Made by a program: the position numbers and the translations under genes | In this document: piece after piece, positions 9,039 to 18,114 of the stretch | Position numbering within the stretch: position 1 is the stretch's first letter | Layout of the letters: each line of letters begins with the position of its first letter | DNA from: Candidatus Parcubacteria bacterium | GTDB taxonomy: Bacteria; Patescibacteriota; Patescibacteriia; CAIXNZ01 | DNA: 45,239 nucleotides | Assembly: GCA_026395675.1 (NCBI GenBank) | Contig: JAPLYF010000084.1 | Location: 1-45,239, forward strand | Reading direction: 5' to 3' | The notes under the pieces: generated by a model | The model's database searches: none | Told to the model about the DNA's origin: nothing | The model's input: only the letters and a program-made list of their open reading frames with translations

Positions 9039-9881
9039 TTAGACCCTTTTTTTTCTGCGATTAATAATAAATTTATCTGAATATTTTTGCGGCTTTCTAG
9101 TAGGAACGCCTAAAGCATGTTTGCCCCAGGGCGTTTTAGGATATTTCAAGCCAATTGGGTGCTTGCCTTCGCCACCGCCATGAGGGTGATCAACCGGATT
9201 CATTACTTTGCCTCTAACTGATGGACGAATGCCCAAATTCCTTATCCGACCCGCACTGCCCCATCTGATTGTCATAAATTCTGGATTGCTGGCTGTGCCG
9301 ATCGTAGCCAAGCATTCTTTTAAAACTTTTCTGACTTCACTTGAGGGCAATTTAATCAAAGCGTAATTGCCTTCCAGAGCCATGAGCTGAGCAGAATTAC
9401 CCGCCCCCCGCACCAATTGACCGCCTTTGCCGGGTGTTAATTCAATATTATAAACCCTTGTACCAACAGGAATTTTTTTCAAAGGCAGGGCATTGCCTGG
9501 ATTTATTTTAATTTCCTTTTCTTTAGTGGAAATAATTTCGGCTCCGACTTTTAAATCATTAGGAGCAATAATATATCTCTTTTCACCGTCTTGATACAAA
9601 ATTAAAGCCAAACGAGCTCCGCGATTGGGATCATATTCAATAGTTTTAACTAGACCAGGTACATCAAATTTGTCTCTCTTAAAATCAATAATTCTAATGT
9701 ATCTTTTCGCTCCGCCGCCGATATGCCTGACTGTAATCTTGCCAGTCACATTCCGACCGCCAGTTTTCTTTTTTATCAAAATCAATTTCTTTTGCGGCTT
9801 TTTGGCAGTCAGATCAGAAAAGTCATCAACACTGCTGTCTCGCCTGGCTGCGTCATTAGTTTTATATTTCTTAACTCCCAT
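9039..9881 (-). CDS. rplB: 50S ribosomal protein L2
   Basis: RHIGGG.KR.YR.IDF.R...; [13 protein letters not shown]. Confidence 0.97.
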   Translation of the reverse strand: MGVKKYKTNDAARRDSSVDDFSDLTAKKPQKKLILIKKKTGGRNVTGKITVRHIGGGAKRYIRIIDFKRDKFDVPGLVKTIEYDPNRGARLALILYQDGEKRYIIAPNDLKVGAEIISTKEKEIKINPGNALPLKKIPVGTRVYNIELTPGKGGQLVRGAGNSAQLMALEGNYALIKLPSSEVRKVLKECLATIGTASNPEFMTIRWGSAGRIRNLGIRPSVRGKVMNPVDHPHGGGEGKHPIGLKYPKTPWGKHALGVPTRKPQKYSDKFIINRRKKRV

Positions 9882-9922
9882 ATATCTTAATAATTTAAAA
9901 TTTAAAATTTAAAATTTCGATC

Positions 9923-10459
9923 TTAAACTCCTTCATAAATTTCAATCTTATCACCGGGTTTTAAAGTCACTACTGCTTTTTTCCAATTTTTCTTTTTGCC
10001 AAAGGTGCGTCCGGATTTAACATATTTACCCCGCGCATTAATTATATTCACTCTCAGTGGCTTTACACCATAAAGATTTTCAATCGCTTTTTTAATCACA
10101 ATTTTATTGGCTGATTTATTTACGGCAAAAGAATATTTATTTTGTGTTACTAAATGGGTGGCCTTTTCCGTGACTAAGGGCTTTATTAAAACCCGATAAG
10201 CATCTTTACTGCCTTCTTTTTTAACCTTCTGGTCTTTAATTTCTTTAACAGGCGCCTTTTCTTCTGCTTTCAGCTTTAAAGTTGTGTGTTTCTGTTTCTT
10301 TTCTTCTTTTTTTAGCTCAGTTTTTACTCTTTCTTTTTTTGCTGCAGCGACCGAACCCTTTTTGGCTTCCGTAACTTTTGCAAAAGGGGCTGCTGGGCTA
10401 GATTCTTTCTTTTTACCCGTACCTCTTATTTTCTTTTTTATTCTATCAAATAAACTCAT
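9923..10459 (-). CDS. rplW: 50S ribosomal protein L23 with about 85-aa K/E/A-rich N-terminal extension
   Basis: The C-terminal half (AYRVLIKPLVTEKA...) is canonical L23. There is no internal Met, and the ATG lies 5 nt from the rplD stop. Confidence 0.88.
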   Translation of the reverse strand: MSLFDRIKKKIRGTGKKKESSPAAPFAKVTEAKKGSVAAAKKERVKTELKKEEKKQKHTTLKLKAEEKAPVKEIKDQKVKKEGSKDAYRVLIKPLVTEKATHLVTQNKYSFAVNKSANKIVIKKAIENLYGVKPLRVNIINARGKYVKSGRTFGKKKNWKKAVVTLKPGDKIEIYEGV

Positions 10460-10463
10460 AATT

Positions 10464-11099
10464 TTATCTTTTATAGGTCTCTATAATTTTTTTAATGCCT
10501 TCTTTATCAGTTAAAAAATAATCTGCCTTTAAAATATCCACCACATTCAAGCTATTGGCTAAAATGGCCTTAACTTTTTTTAAATTTCTGGTTGATTTAA
10601 AAATATTTTCATTTTTTTGAGGCAGCGAAATTAAAATTCTCGCTTCCTTTTTTATTGGCAACTTCTTAAGAATTTTTACAATCTCTTTTGTCTTAATCTT
10701 AGGCATTTCCATTTTTTCCACTACAATCAAGGAATCTCCCTTGACCTTGTCTGTGAGTGTCATAAAAAGAGCTTTGGTCTTCATTTTCTTATTGATTTTC
10801 TTGCCAAATTCTCTTTCTTTGCGCGGACCAAAAGTTATGCCGCCGCCTTTCCATAAAGGCGATCGAATAGACCCGCTTCTAGCTCGGCCCGTGCCTTTTT
10901 GACGCCATGGTTTCCTGCCGCCCCCTCTGACTTCGCCTTTAGTTTTGGTATGCGCCAATTTTTTTCTGGCACTAGCTTGCTGAGCTTCAACCACCTGATG
11001 GACAAGATTTGGATTAATTTCAGTCCCAAAAATTTCTGAATCCAATTTCAGTTCTTCGGTTTCCTTGCCTTCTAAATTGTAGACTTTAACTTTTACCAT
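10464..11099 (-). CDS. rplD: 50S ribosomal protein L4
   Basis: GGGRKPWRQKGTGRARSGSIRSPLW. ATG at 11099 is preferred over the TTG at 11114. Confidence 0.94.
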   Translation of the reverse strand: MVKVKVYNLEGKETEELKLDSEIFGTEINPNLVHQVVEAQQASARKKLAHTKTKGEVRGGGRKPWRQKGTGRARSGSIRSPLWKGGGITFGPRKEREFGKKINKKMKTKALFMTLTDKVKGDSLIVVEKMEMPKIKTKEIVKILKKLPIKKEARILISLPQKNENIFKSTRNLKKVKAILANSLNVVDILKADYFLTDKEGIKKIIETYKR

Positions 11100-11119
11100 A
11101 TCTAAATAATTCAATTTTG

Positions 11120-11863
11120 TTATTGGACTTTTACTTCTTCTTTATTTTCTGTCTTAGCTTCTGTTACTTCAACTTTGTCTGCCACTTTTGGGGCAACTTC
11201 TTCAGCGGGCTCTGAGACTTTAGATGTTGTAATCGCCTCAAGCTTCATTTCACCCGGGGCATAAATCTCCACCAAACTATTACGACTGCCTGGGATAGCA
11301 CCCTTAATATATAACAAATTCTTTTCCGGCTCAATCTCAATTATTTCTAAATTCTTTATTGTCGCCTGCTCTCCGCCCATCCGCCCTCCCATTTTTGTCC
11401 CTTTAAAAGTATGGGCGACACCCTTAGCGCCGACGGAACCAGAATGTCTTAATTGATCCTTGGTACCATGAGTTTTAGGTGCACCATGAAAACCGTGTCG
11501 TTTAACAACGCCTTGGAAACCTTTTCCCTTGGTTTTGCCGACAACATCAACTAAATCACCCTTAACAAAAATGTTGACATTTATATTCTGCCCTTTTTGA
11601 TATTCTACCTTATTGTCAGCTTCTAATCTCAATTCTTTTAAATATCTAGCTTTTTTTATGTTTCTTAAATGGCCGCCTAATGGCTTATTTAGCTTTTTCT
11701 TTTCAGCATAACCCACCTGAATGGACTGATAACCGTCTTTCTCTGCAGTTTTCACTTGGGTAATAAAACAAGGGCCGGCCTGGATAACTGTCACTGGCAC
11801 CACTTGACCATCAGCTGAAAATTTCTGGGTCATGCTTATTTTTTTGCCTAGAATATATTTCAT
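11120..11863 (-). CDS. rplC: 50S ribosomal protein L3 with acidic C-terminal tail
   Basis: GKGFQGVVKRHGF.G.P.THG; about 40 extra C-terminal aa. Confidence 0.95.
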   Translation of the reverse strand: MKYILGKKISMTQKFSADGQVVPVTVIQAGPCFITQVKTAEKDGYQSIQVGYAEKKKLNKPLGGHLRNIKKARYLKELRLEADNKVEYQKGQNINVNIFVKGDLVDVVGKTKGKGFQGVVKRHGFHGAPKTHGTKDQLRHSGSVGAKGVAHTFKGTKMGGRMGGEQATIKNLEIIEIEPEKNLLYIKGAIPGSRNSLVEIYAPGEMKLEAITTSKVSEPAEEVAPKVADKVEVTEAKTENKEEVKVQ

Positions 11864-11882
11864 AATCTTTTTTCAAGAAATA

Positions 11883-11912
11883 AAAAATCTGGTATTCACC
11901 AAATCCAGATTT
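11883..11912 (-). terminator. intrinsic-terminator-like hairpin 20 nt upstream of the rplC ATG (candidate attenuator)
   Basis: Sense strand: aaaaucugg-(12 nt)-ccagauuuu followed by uuauuu. Confidence 0.5.
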
Positions 11913-11991
11913 TAAAAAAATAAAAATTTCCGTAAAAAAGTGGTTTTTCTGGATTTTAATTTTTAGTGATTTTTTATTTCTCCTTGCCTAA

Positions 11992-12040
11992 TTTTTTGAA
12001 TATAAAGGTTTTTCCTTGGAAACTTTCTTTATATTCAAAA
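11992..12040 (-). other. long AT-rich hairpin (15-bp stem) in the rpsJ-rplC leader
   Basis: tttttgaatataaag ... ctttatattcaaaaa. Confidence 0.55.
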
Positions 12041-12090
12041 ATTTAGATTCTAGTTTTAAAAATTAACAAGATTCTTACTGTAATAGTAAT

Positions 12091-12119
12091 AGCTTAAACT
12101 TTTTATTACTTCCTGTCAA
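12091..12119 (-). promoter_or_regulatory. sigma70-like promoter TTGACA-17-TAAGCT just after the rpsJ stop
   Basis: -35 at 12114-12119 and -10 at 12091-12096 (RC). Confidence 0.45.
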
Positions 12120-12122
12120 GCG

Positions 12123-12464
12123 CTACATTTTTATTTCAATATCAACCCCAGCGGGCAAATTTAAGCTCATCAAGGCATCGACTGTGGCCGGTGTCGGCTC
12201 AATAATATCAATCAGTCGTTTGTGAATGCGCATCTCATACTGATCCCTAGCATTTTTATGGACAAAAGTGGAACTTAAAACTGTATATTTCTTTTTTTCT
12301 ACTGGCAAGGGAATGGGGCCGGCTACCTGGGCGCCCGTTCTTTGAGCGGTATCTAAGATAGTTCGAGTTGACTGATCAATAATTTTGTGATCATAAGCCC
12401 GAATTTTGATTCTGATCCTTTGTTTTTCTTCAATTTTATCTTTGGCTTTAACCTTGTCTGTCAT
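12123..12464 (-). CDS. rpsJ: 30S ribosomal protein S10
   Basis: [16 protein letters not shown]...IVDTA.RTGA...GPIPLP. Confidence 0.96.
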   Translation of the reverse strand: MTDKVKAKDKIEEKQRIRIKIRAYDHKIIDQSTRTILDTAQRTGAQVAGPIPLPVEKKKYTVLSSTFVHKNARDQYEMRIHKRLIDIIEPTPATVDALMSLNLPAGVDIEIKM

Positions 12465-12546
12465 GTTATTAAATTTTTAAATTTGCAAATATAAAATAAC
12501 TTTATAAAGGTCCTCTCCCCAGTTACGGGGAGAGGACTAAAATATA

Positions 12547-13737
12547 TTAAGCAATAATCTTTGTTACTGCACCTGCGCCAACAGTTTTACCGCCTTCTCT
12601 GATAGCAAATTTGGATTTTTCTTCCAAAGCAACGGGGGCGATAAGCTTAATCTTCAACTGAACAGTATCTCCAGGCATAACCATTTCAGCGCCGCCAAGG
12701 ATTTCAATCTCCCCGGTAACATCAGTAGTGCGAATATAAAATTGAGGCTTGTATCCCTTAAAGAATGGTTTATGTCTGCCACCTTCTTCTTTGGATAGAA
12801 CATAAATCTGGCCTTCGAATTCAGTATGCGGCGTAATTGAACCTGGCTTGGCCACAACTTGGCCTCTTTCAACTTCTTCTTTTTTAGTGCCACGCAATAA
12901 TAAACCCGCATTATCTCCAGCGCGTCCTTCATCTAAAGATTTGTTAAACATTTCAATGCCAGTGATAACGGTTTTCTGGGTAGGTTTAATGCCAATAATT
13001 TCTACTTCATCATTTAATTTAACAATGCCTCTTTCAATTCTGCCTGTCACAACAGTGCCTCGTCCTTCAATTGAGAAAACATCTTCAACGGGCATTAAGA
13101 ATGGTTTATCAGTATCTCTGACTGGTTCAGGTATATATGAATCTAGTGCGTCCAATAATTCCTTAATGCATTTAGTTGCTTCTTCATCTTTTGGATTTTC
13201 CAAGGCCTTTAAAGCAGAACCTTTAATCACGGGAGTTTTATCTCCTGGGAATTCGTATTTTGTTAAAAGTTCTCTGACTTCTTCCTCTACTAATTTTATT
13301 AATTCTGGATCTGAAACCTGATCAACTTTGTTTAAGAAAACAACAATTGAAGGTACACCTACCTGTCTGGCTAACAAAATGTGCTCCCTGGTTTGAGGCA
13401 TTGGGCCATCAGTTGCAGCCACAACTAATATAGCGCCATCCATTTGAGCAGCGCCAGTTATCATGTTCTTAATGTAATCAGCGTGTCCAGGACAGTCAAC
13501 ATGCGCATAATGCCTCTTTTCTGTTTCATATTCAACATGAGCTGTCGCAATGGTAATGCCGCGCTCTTTTTCTTCAGGAGCATTGTCAATTTGGTCTACA
13601 TTTTTATTAGAGGCCTTTAAACCATGATTGAGGCAATATTGTAAAATTGCCGCAGTTAAAGTTGTTTTACCATGGTCAACGTGGCCGATTGTACCCACAT
13701 TAATATGTGGTTTTGTGCGTTCAAATTTTTCTGCCAT
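12547..13737 (-). CDS. tuf: elongation factor Tu
   Basis: [22 protein letters not shown]; 396 aa. Confidence 0.98.
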   Translation of the reverse strand: MAEKFERTKPHINVGTIGHVDHGKTTLTAAILQYCLNHGLKASNKNVDQIDNAPEEKERGITIATAHVEYETEKRHYAHVDCPGHADYIKNMITGAAQMDGAILVVAATDGPMPQTREHILLARQVGVPSIVVFLNKVDQVSDPELIKLVEEEVRELLTKYEFPGDKTPVIKGSALKALENPKDEEATKCIKELLDALDSYIPEPVRDTDKPFLMPVEDVFSIEGRGTVVTGRIERGIVKLNDEVEIIGIKPTQKTVITGIEMFNKSLDEGRAGDNAGLLLRGTKKEEVERGQVVAKPGSITPHTEFEGQIYVLSKEEGGRHKPFFKGYKPQFYIRTTDVTGEIEILGGAEMVMPGDTVQLKIKLIAPVALEEKSKFAIREGGKTVGAGAVTKIIA

Positions 13738-13845
13738 ATTATTTTTTTAAAACTCCTAAAGAAGCGGCCTCAACCCTTGGCTGAGTTTTATCCAACCACT
13801 TCCCTAATTTTTGTTATCTTTATTGATTAATGAAATGCAATTTTT

Positions 13846-13873
13846 ATTATAACACAATATTAAATTTTGACAA
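13846..13873 (-). promoter_or_regulatory. promoter TTGTCA-16-TATAAT with TGT extension upstream of tuf
   Basis: RC reads ttgtca aaatttaatattgtgt tataat, about 100 nt before the ATG. Confidence 0.5.
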
Positions 13874-13880
13874 GTTTGTT

Positions 13881-14201
13881 TTAGTCCTCATCCTCAACTG
13901 GCTCAAAATAGTACTGATCTTCATTTTCCTCTTTTAATTTCTCTTCAGTTTTTGGCTCTAAATCTTGCCAGTCTTCGAGTAATTTTTCATCTTCCTGCGT
14001 CGCTTTCCAAATAGCTATATCTTTATTGATTTTATTTAATAATTCCTCTTCTGAAAAATTCTTAACTTCGCTATATTTAAAAATTAAACTTTCATAATCC
14101 TTGGCTGATAAAATAATATAAAGATCGCCCTTTTCATCTTCAAATAAATAACGATCCCCTGTTTTTCTGATTAATTCTAATATTTTATTTAAATTTTTCA
14201 T
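13881..14201 (-). CDS. hypothetical acidic protein (106 aa)
   Basis: Clean ORF with a D/E-rich C-terminus. The LYIILSAKDYESL stretch faintly resembles Phd/YefM antitoxins. No SD. Confidence 0.55.
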   Translation of the reverse strand: MKNLNKILELIRKTGDRYLFEDEKGDLYIILSAKDYESLIFKYSEVKNFSEEELLNKINKDIAIWKATQEDEKLLEDWQDLEPKTEEKLKEENEDQYYFEPVEDED

Positions 14202-14258
14202 AGAATAATTATCGTTTCTGTATTTTTTTATATTAACTTAGAAAAAAAATAAAGTCAA

Positions 14259-14293
14259 GAGCCGCTTAACCTAACGATTTGGTTAAGCGGCTC
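14259..14293 (-). terminator. 13-bp stem terminator after the HD-GYP gene
   Basis: gagccgcttaacc / ggttaagcggctc; a T-run follows on the sense strand. Confidence 0.6.
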
Positions 14294-14318
14294 AAAAGAA
14301 AATGACTGTTTGGGCTAA

Positions 14319-15224
14319 TTACTGAGGATAAAGCGATCCAATTATTGCCTGTTGATCTGCGACTACTAACAAAGGCATAAATTTTGGACCAATTCTACCC
14401 AGTTCGCTGAGAATCTTCCCCATAACATCATCATGGGATAAAATTGCTCGGCGATAGCACCTCGGTCCTCTCATGCCATCATAGACATCCAGGGTGGTCA
14501 AAAGTCCCAATAACTGCTGGAATTTTTCATCCTGCAATAAGCCGTGGAAAAGCATGAGCCAGCCATTGGTCGGATAGCCAAGATTTAAATAGTGGTGGGC
14601 CAAGGCCAAACCAGTCACTCTTAAAGGAACTGCGAACATTTCACCTAGGGGGAAAAACAAAGCAGGATGGATTTTGCGGCATTCCTTTTGCAAAGGCGTA
14701 AATTCACCGGGCGTTTCCCAAAAACCAGATGGAAAACCCAATTTACCCAAATCATGGTAAAAAGCTGCATTTTCAAGGCATTCCCAATCATCCTGGCTAA
14801 AATACAATTTGGTTTTTATTTGCGCAAATTCCCTTATCCCCAAGTCTGGGAAACAGACAAAACCAAATTTTTCATAATGATCCTCTTTTAGCACAGAAAT
14901 TATTTTGGCAATGCGGATTGAATGATGGTAGCTATCGCCATGGAATGGATGCAGGCAATCTGACAAAACAATCTGCAACCAATCTTGCCAGTTCCAACCG
15001 AGAGCTTCATTTTTCAGTAATTTTTCACCAGCTTCAATTATGCTCGGCGACCTCCTTAAATTTTTGGCTAAGCATTTTAAGTGGTAAATTTCTTTTTTGT
15101 GTAGTGGCTGATCCTTGTGTAGTTTGTCCTTTCTTTGGGTGACCGCCCAAATTAAAAATTGGGTCTGGTAGTTAAATGTTTTAAAATCGCGCTGACTACT
15201 AAGTTCGTAGAGCTTAGCACTCAT
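14319..15224 (-). CDS. HD-GYP-type metal-dependent phosphohydrolase domain protein (degenerate HHE)
   Basis: AAFYHDLGKLGFP, ALAHHYLNLGYPTNG and LDVYDGMRGPRCYR match the HD..HDxGK..HHExxDGxGYP..D.YDA pattern. Strong SD aaggaggga. Confidence 0.65.
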   Translation of the reverse strand: MSAKLYELSSQRDFKTFNYQTQFLIWAVTQRKDKLHKDQPLHKKEIYHLKCLAKNLRRSPSIIEAGEKLLKNEALGWNWQDWLQIVLSDCLHPFHGDSYHHSIRIAKIISVLKEDHYEKFGFVCFPDLGIREFAQIKTKLYFSQDDWECLENAAFYHDLGKLGFPSGFWETPGEFTPLQKECRKIHPALFFPLGEMFAVPLRVTGLALAHHYLNLGYPTNGWLMLFHGLLQDEKFQQLLGLLTTLDVYDGMRGPRCYRRAILSHDDVMGKILSELGRIGPKFMPLLVVADQQAIIGSLYPQ

Positions 15225-15280
15225 GCCTCCCTCCTTTCTGTAATTCTATTTTAATTTTTTCTTAATCGATTTCAAAACAC

Positions 15281-15309
15281 AAAAAAATTACCCGGTAAGG
15301 GTAATTTTT
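15281..15309 (-). terminator. intrinsic terminator 57 nt upstream of the HD-GYP ATG
   Basis: Sense strand: aaaaauuaccc uuacc ggguaauuuuuuu. Confidence 0.55.
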
Positions 15310-15446
15310 CCAAGCCCCACCAGAAAACTACACTGAGAAACCCAGCTCTGTCTCCAAAGCTAAGATTTTCAGTTAGTAAACAAGTAGGGTTTTATGCCTT
15401 AACTTTAAATCATAATCAAATATGCGTCAAGTCAATTTTTTGCTAA

Positions 15447-15537
15447 TTATAAACAAAATATCAACATGTTTGTACACATAGTTATAAACATACTTACCCA
15501 CATAGTTATGCGCAGATTTATTCACGAATTATGCACA
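15447..15537 (+). promoter_or_regulatory. cluster of six co-oriented DnaA-box-like 9-mers
   Basis: ttataaaca (15447), ttgtacaca (15470), ttataaaca (15482), ttatgcgca (15506), ttattcacg (15518), ttatgcaca (15529; perfect TTATNCACA). Confidence 0.35.
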
Positions 15538-15564
15538 AGAGAAATTTAACATCTAAAATTAAAA

Positions 15565-15583
15565 GACGAGAATTTATCTCGCC
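15565..15583 (-). terminator. fusA terminator hairpin
   Basis: Sense strand: ggcgaga uaaau ucucguc uuuu (one G.U pair, only in the sense orientation). Confidence 0.5.
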
Positions 15584-15607
15584 TTTTTTAATTATCTAAT
15601 AAATAAA

Positions 15608-17683
15608 TTATTTTTTCTTCCCTTCAATTATTTTCAAGGCAATATTATTTGGCACTTCAGCATAATGGTCAAATTCCATGGAAAAGGTCGCGCGGCCTTG
15701 GGTGGCTGATCTTAAAGAAGTCGCGTAACCAAACATTTCCGAGAGCGGCACCATGCCATCAACCACTTTCATTTTACCGCGTTCGGTCATTTGAGTAATC
15801 TGAGCTCTTTTGGCATTTAAATCGCCAATCACATCGCCCATAAATTGCTCGGGCACTACCACTTCAATCTTCATGATTGGCTCCAAAATAATTGGCTTGG
15901 CTTTTTTTGCTGCATCCTGAAAGGCCATGGAACCAGCAATCTTAAAGGCAATTTCTGAAGAATCAACCTCGTGATATGAGCCGTCGAATAAAGTTGCTTT
16001 AACGTCAACCACTGGATAACCAGCTAAAATTCCTTTGGTGACTGCTTCTTTAATACCTTTTTCCACAGCTGGAATAAATTCTCTTGGGATAGCTCCGCCT
16101 TTAATCTCATCCACAAATTCAAAGCCCTCACCTCGATCCCGCGGTTCGATTTTTATCCAGCAATGGCCATACTGGCCGCGACCGCCTGATTGTTTTATGT
16201 ATTTGCCTTCAGCTTCTGCCAAACCCTTAACGGTTTCTTTGTAAGCCACCTGGGGCGCGCCGACATTGGCTTCAACCTTAAATTCTCTTTTCATGCGGTC
16301 AACAATGATTTCCAAATGCAATTCGCCCATACCAGAAATAATGGTCTGTAAAGTTTCTTCGTTGGTATGAATTTTGAAAGTCGGATCTTCCTCAGCTAAT
16401 TTCTGCATGGCCATGCCCATTTTTTCCTGATCAACTTTAGTTTTTGGTTCAATGGCCACGGAAATAACCGGTTCAGGAAAAATAATTTGTTCCAAAATAA
16501 TTGGTTTTTTCTCATCGCATAAACTATTGCCTGTAATTGTATTTTTTAAGCCAATGGCAGCTGCGATTTCACCAGAAAAAACTTCGTCCACATCTTCGCG
16601 CGCATTAGCATGCAAACGCACAATGCGGCCAATTCTTTCCTTATCGCCTGTGGCAGTATTTAAAACATATGAGCCCGCTTTTAAACTGCCGGAATAAACC
16701 CGGAAAAAAGCTAATTTGCCGACAAAGGGATCAGTGGCAATTTTAAAAGCCAAAGCGCAAAATGGCCCGTCATCTTTGGCTTCGCGAATTTCTTCTACGC
16801 CAGTGTCGGGATTTTTGCCTTTGATCGGAGGCACATCTAAAGGCGACGGCAAATAGGCAACCACTGCATCCAAAACAAACTGGACACCAATATTTTTTAA
16901 AGCAGAACCGCATAAAACCGGATGAAAATCATTTCTGACTGTTGCCTTGCGGATCACCTGTTTAACTTGGTTTAAATCCAGTTCTTCGCCTGCTAAATAT
17001 TTATTCATTAAGTCCTCATCATTTTCCGCTACTTTTTCCAGTAAAACTTTCCTTAATTCTTCAACTTTGGCTTTTAGATTTTCCGGGATTGGTATTTCTT
17101 CAACATTCTGACCATATTCGCCAGTGAATTTATAAGCTTTCCTTTCTAATAACTCAACCAGGCCCTCAAAAGTTTCTTCAGCGCCAATCGGAATCTGAAC
17201 TGCTACGGCATGGGGAGACAAACGTTCCTGTATTGATTCTAAGCTCATATAAAAATCCGCGCCCATCTTATCCATTTTATTAACAAAAGCAATTCTCGGT
17301 ACATTATATTTTGCTGCTTGGTGCCAGACAGTTTCAGATTGTGGTTCTACGCCTTGCGAACCATCAAAAACAGCCACAGCCCCGTCCAAAACGCGTAATG
17401 ACCTTTCAACTTCAACAGTAAAATCAACGTGTCCTGGGGTATCAATTATATTAATGCGGTGATCCTTCCAAAAACAAGTTGTAGCGGCAGCAGTAATAGT
17501 AATGCCTCTTTCTTTTTCCTGTTCCATCCAGTCCATTTCTGCTTCGCCATAATGGACTTCACCGATTTTATGTTTTTTCCCAGTATAAAACAAGACACGT
17601 TCTGTCATGGTTGTTTTGCCAGCATCAATGTGAGCCATAATGCCGATATTTCTTGTTTTTTCTAATGCATATTCTCTAGGCAT
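15608..17683 (-). CDS. fusA: elongation factor G
   Basis: [21 protein letters not shown]; 691 aa. Confidence 0.98.
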   Translation of the reverse strand: MPREYALEKTRNIGIMAHIDAGKTTMTERVLFYTGKKHKIGEVHYGEAEMDWMEQEKERGITITAAATTCFWKDHRINIIDTPGHVDFTVEVERSLRVLDGAVAVFDGSQGVEPQSETVWHQAAKYNVPRIAFVNKMDKMGADFYMSLESIQERLSPHAVAVQIPIGAEETFEGLVELLERKAYKFTGEYGQNVEEIPIPENLKAKVEELRKVLLEKVAENDEDLMNKYLAGEELDLNQVKQVIRKATVRNDFHPVLCGSALKNIGVQFVLDAVVAYLPSPLDVPPIKGKNPDTGVEEIREAKDDGPFCALAFKIATDPFVGKLAFFRVYSGSLKAGSYVLNTATGDKERIGRIVRLHANAREDVDEVFSGEIAAAIGLKNTITGNSLCDEKKPIILEQIIFPEPVISVAIEPKTKVDQEKMGMAMQKLAEEDPTFKIHTNEETLQTIISGMGELHLEIIVDRMKREFKVEANVGAPQVAYKETVKGLAEAEGKYIKQSGGRGQYGHCWIKIEPRDRGEGFEFVDEIKGGAIPREFIPAVEKGIKEAVTKGILAGYPVVDVKATLFDGSYHEVDSSEIAFKIAGSMAFQDAAKKAKPIILEPIMKIEVVVPEQFMGDVIGDLNAKRAQITQMTERGKMKVVDGMVPLSEMFGYATSLRSATQGRATFSMEFDHYAEVPNNIALKIIEGKKK

Positions 17684-17755
17684 AAAATAAATTATTAACT
17701 GAACCGCGAATTTTTTTCACGAATTACACTAATTTTTAATTTGTGTGATTAGTGG

Positions 17756-18109
17756 TTATAAATTAGTGTTTAAGTTTACATCTTTAAATCGCTCTTCGTT
17801 CTTTTTTAACTTATTAAAAAATTCTTTCTCTAAATCAACATCCAACAAATAAGAAAGAATCATTGTGTAAATAAATACATCGGTTAGTTCTTCTTTTATT
17901 AAGCTAACGAAATCCTTTTGTCCATCAGTAGATAACCGATAATTTCTTACTTTTTCACGATAATATTTTTTAACTAAATTAGCGAGTTCCCCAGTTTCTC
18001 CAGCTAAACAAGTCATCAGATAAAGTAACCTATCTGGCGTCAGTTTTATTTCTCCGAAATGCATTTTATCAAAATCTTTCTGTTTCTCTATGATATCTTT
18101 TAAATCCAT
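17756..18109 (-). CDS. MazG-like all-alpha nucleotide pyrophosphohydrolase
   Basis: LAGETGELANLVKK ... EELTDVFIYTMILSYLLDVDLE ... N..R is the typical MazG/NTP-PPase helix pair. Confidence 0.6.
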   Translation of the reverse strand: MDLKDIIEKQKDFDKMHFGEIKLTPDRLLYLMTCLAGETGELANLVKKYYREKVRNYRLSTDGQKDFVSLIKEELTDVFIYTMILSYLLDVDLEKEFFNKLKKNEERFKDVNLNTNL

Positions 18110-18114
18110 ATGAA

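Noticed and set aside
15281-15435. c-di-GMP (GEMM) riboswitch before the HD-GYP gene; T-box before leuS (38365-38470)
   Set aside because: I could not find the conserved GEMM or T-box core sequences by eye. Only the generic promoter/terminator/SD layout is retained as a finding.
15447-15537. Calling the DnaA-box cluster the chromosomal origin (oriC)
   Set aside because: There is no dnaA or dnaN nearby. Flanking genes on both sides are on the same strand with no orientation switch, and the motif is AT-rich in an AT-rich genome. It is kept only as a DnaA-box-like cluster pending GC-skew analysis.
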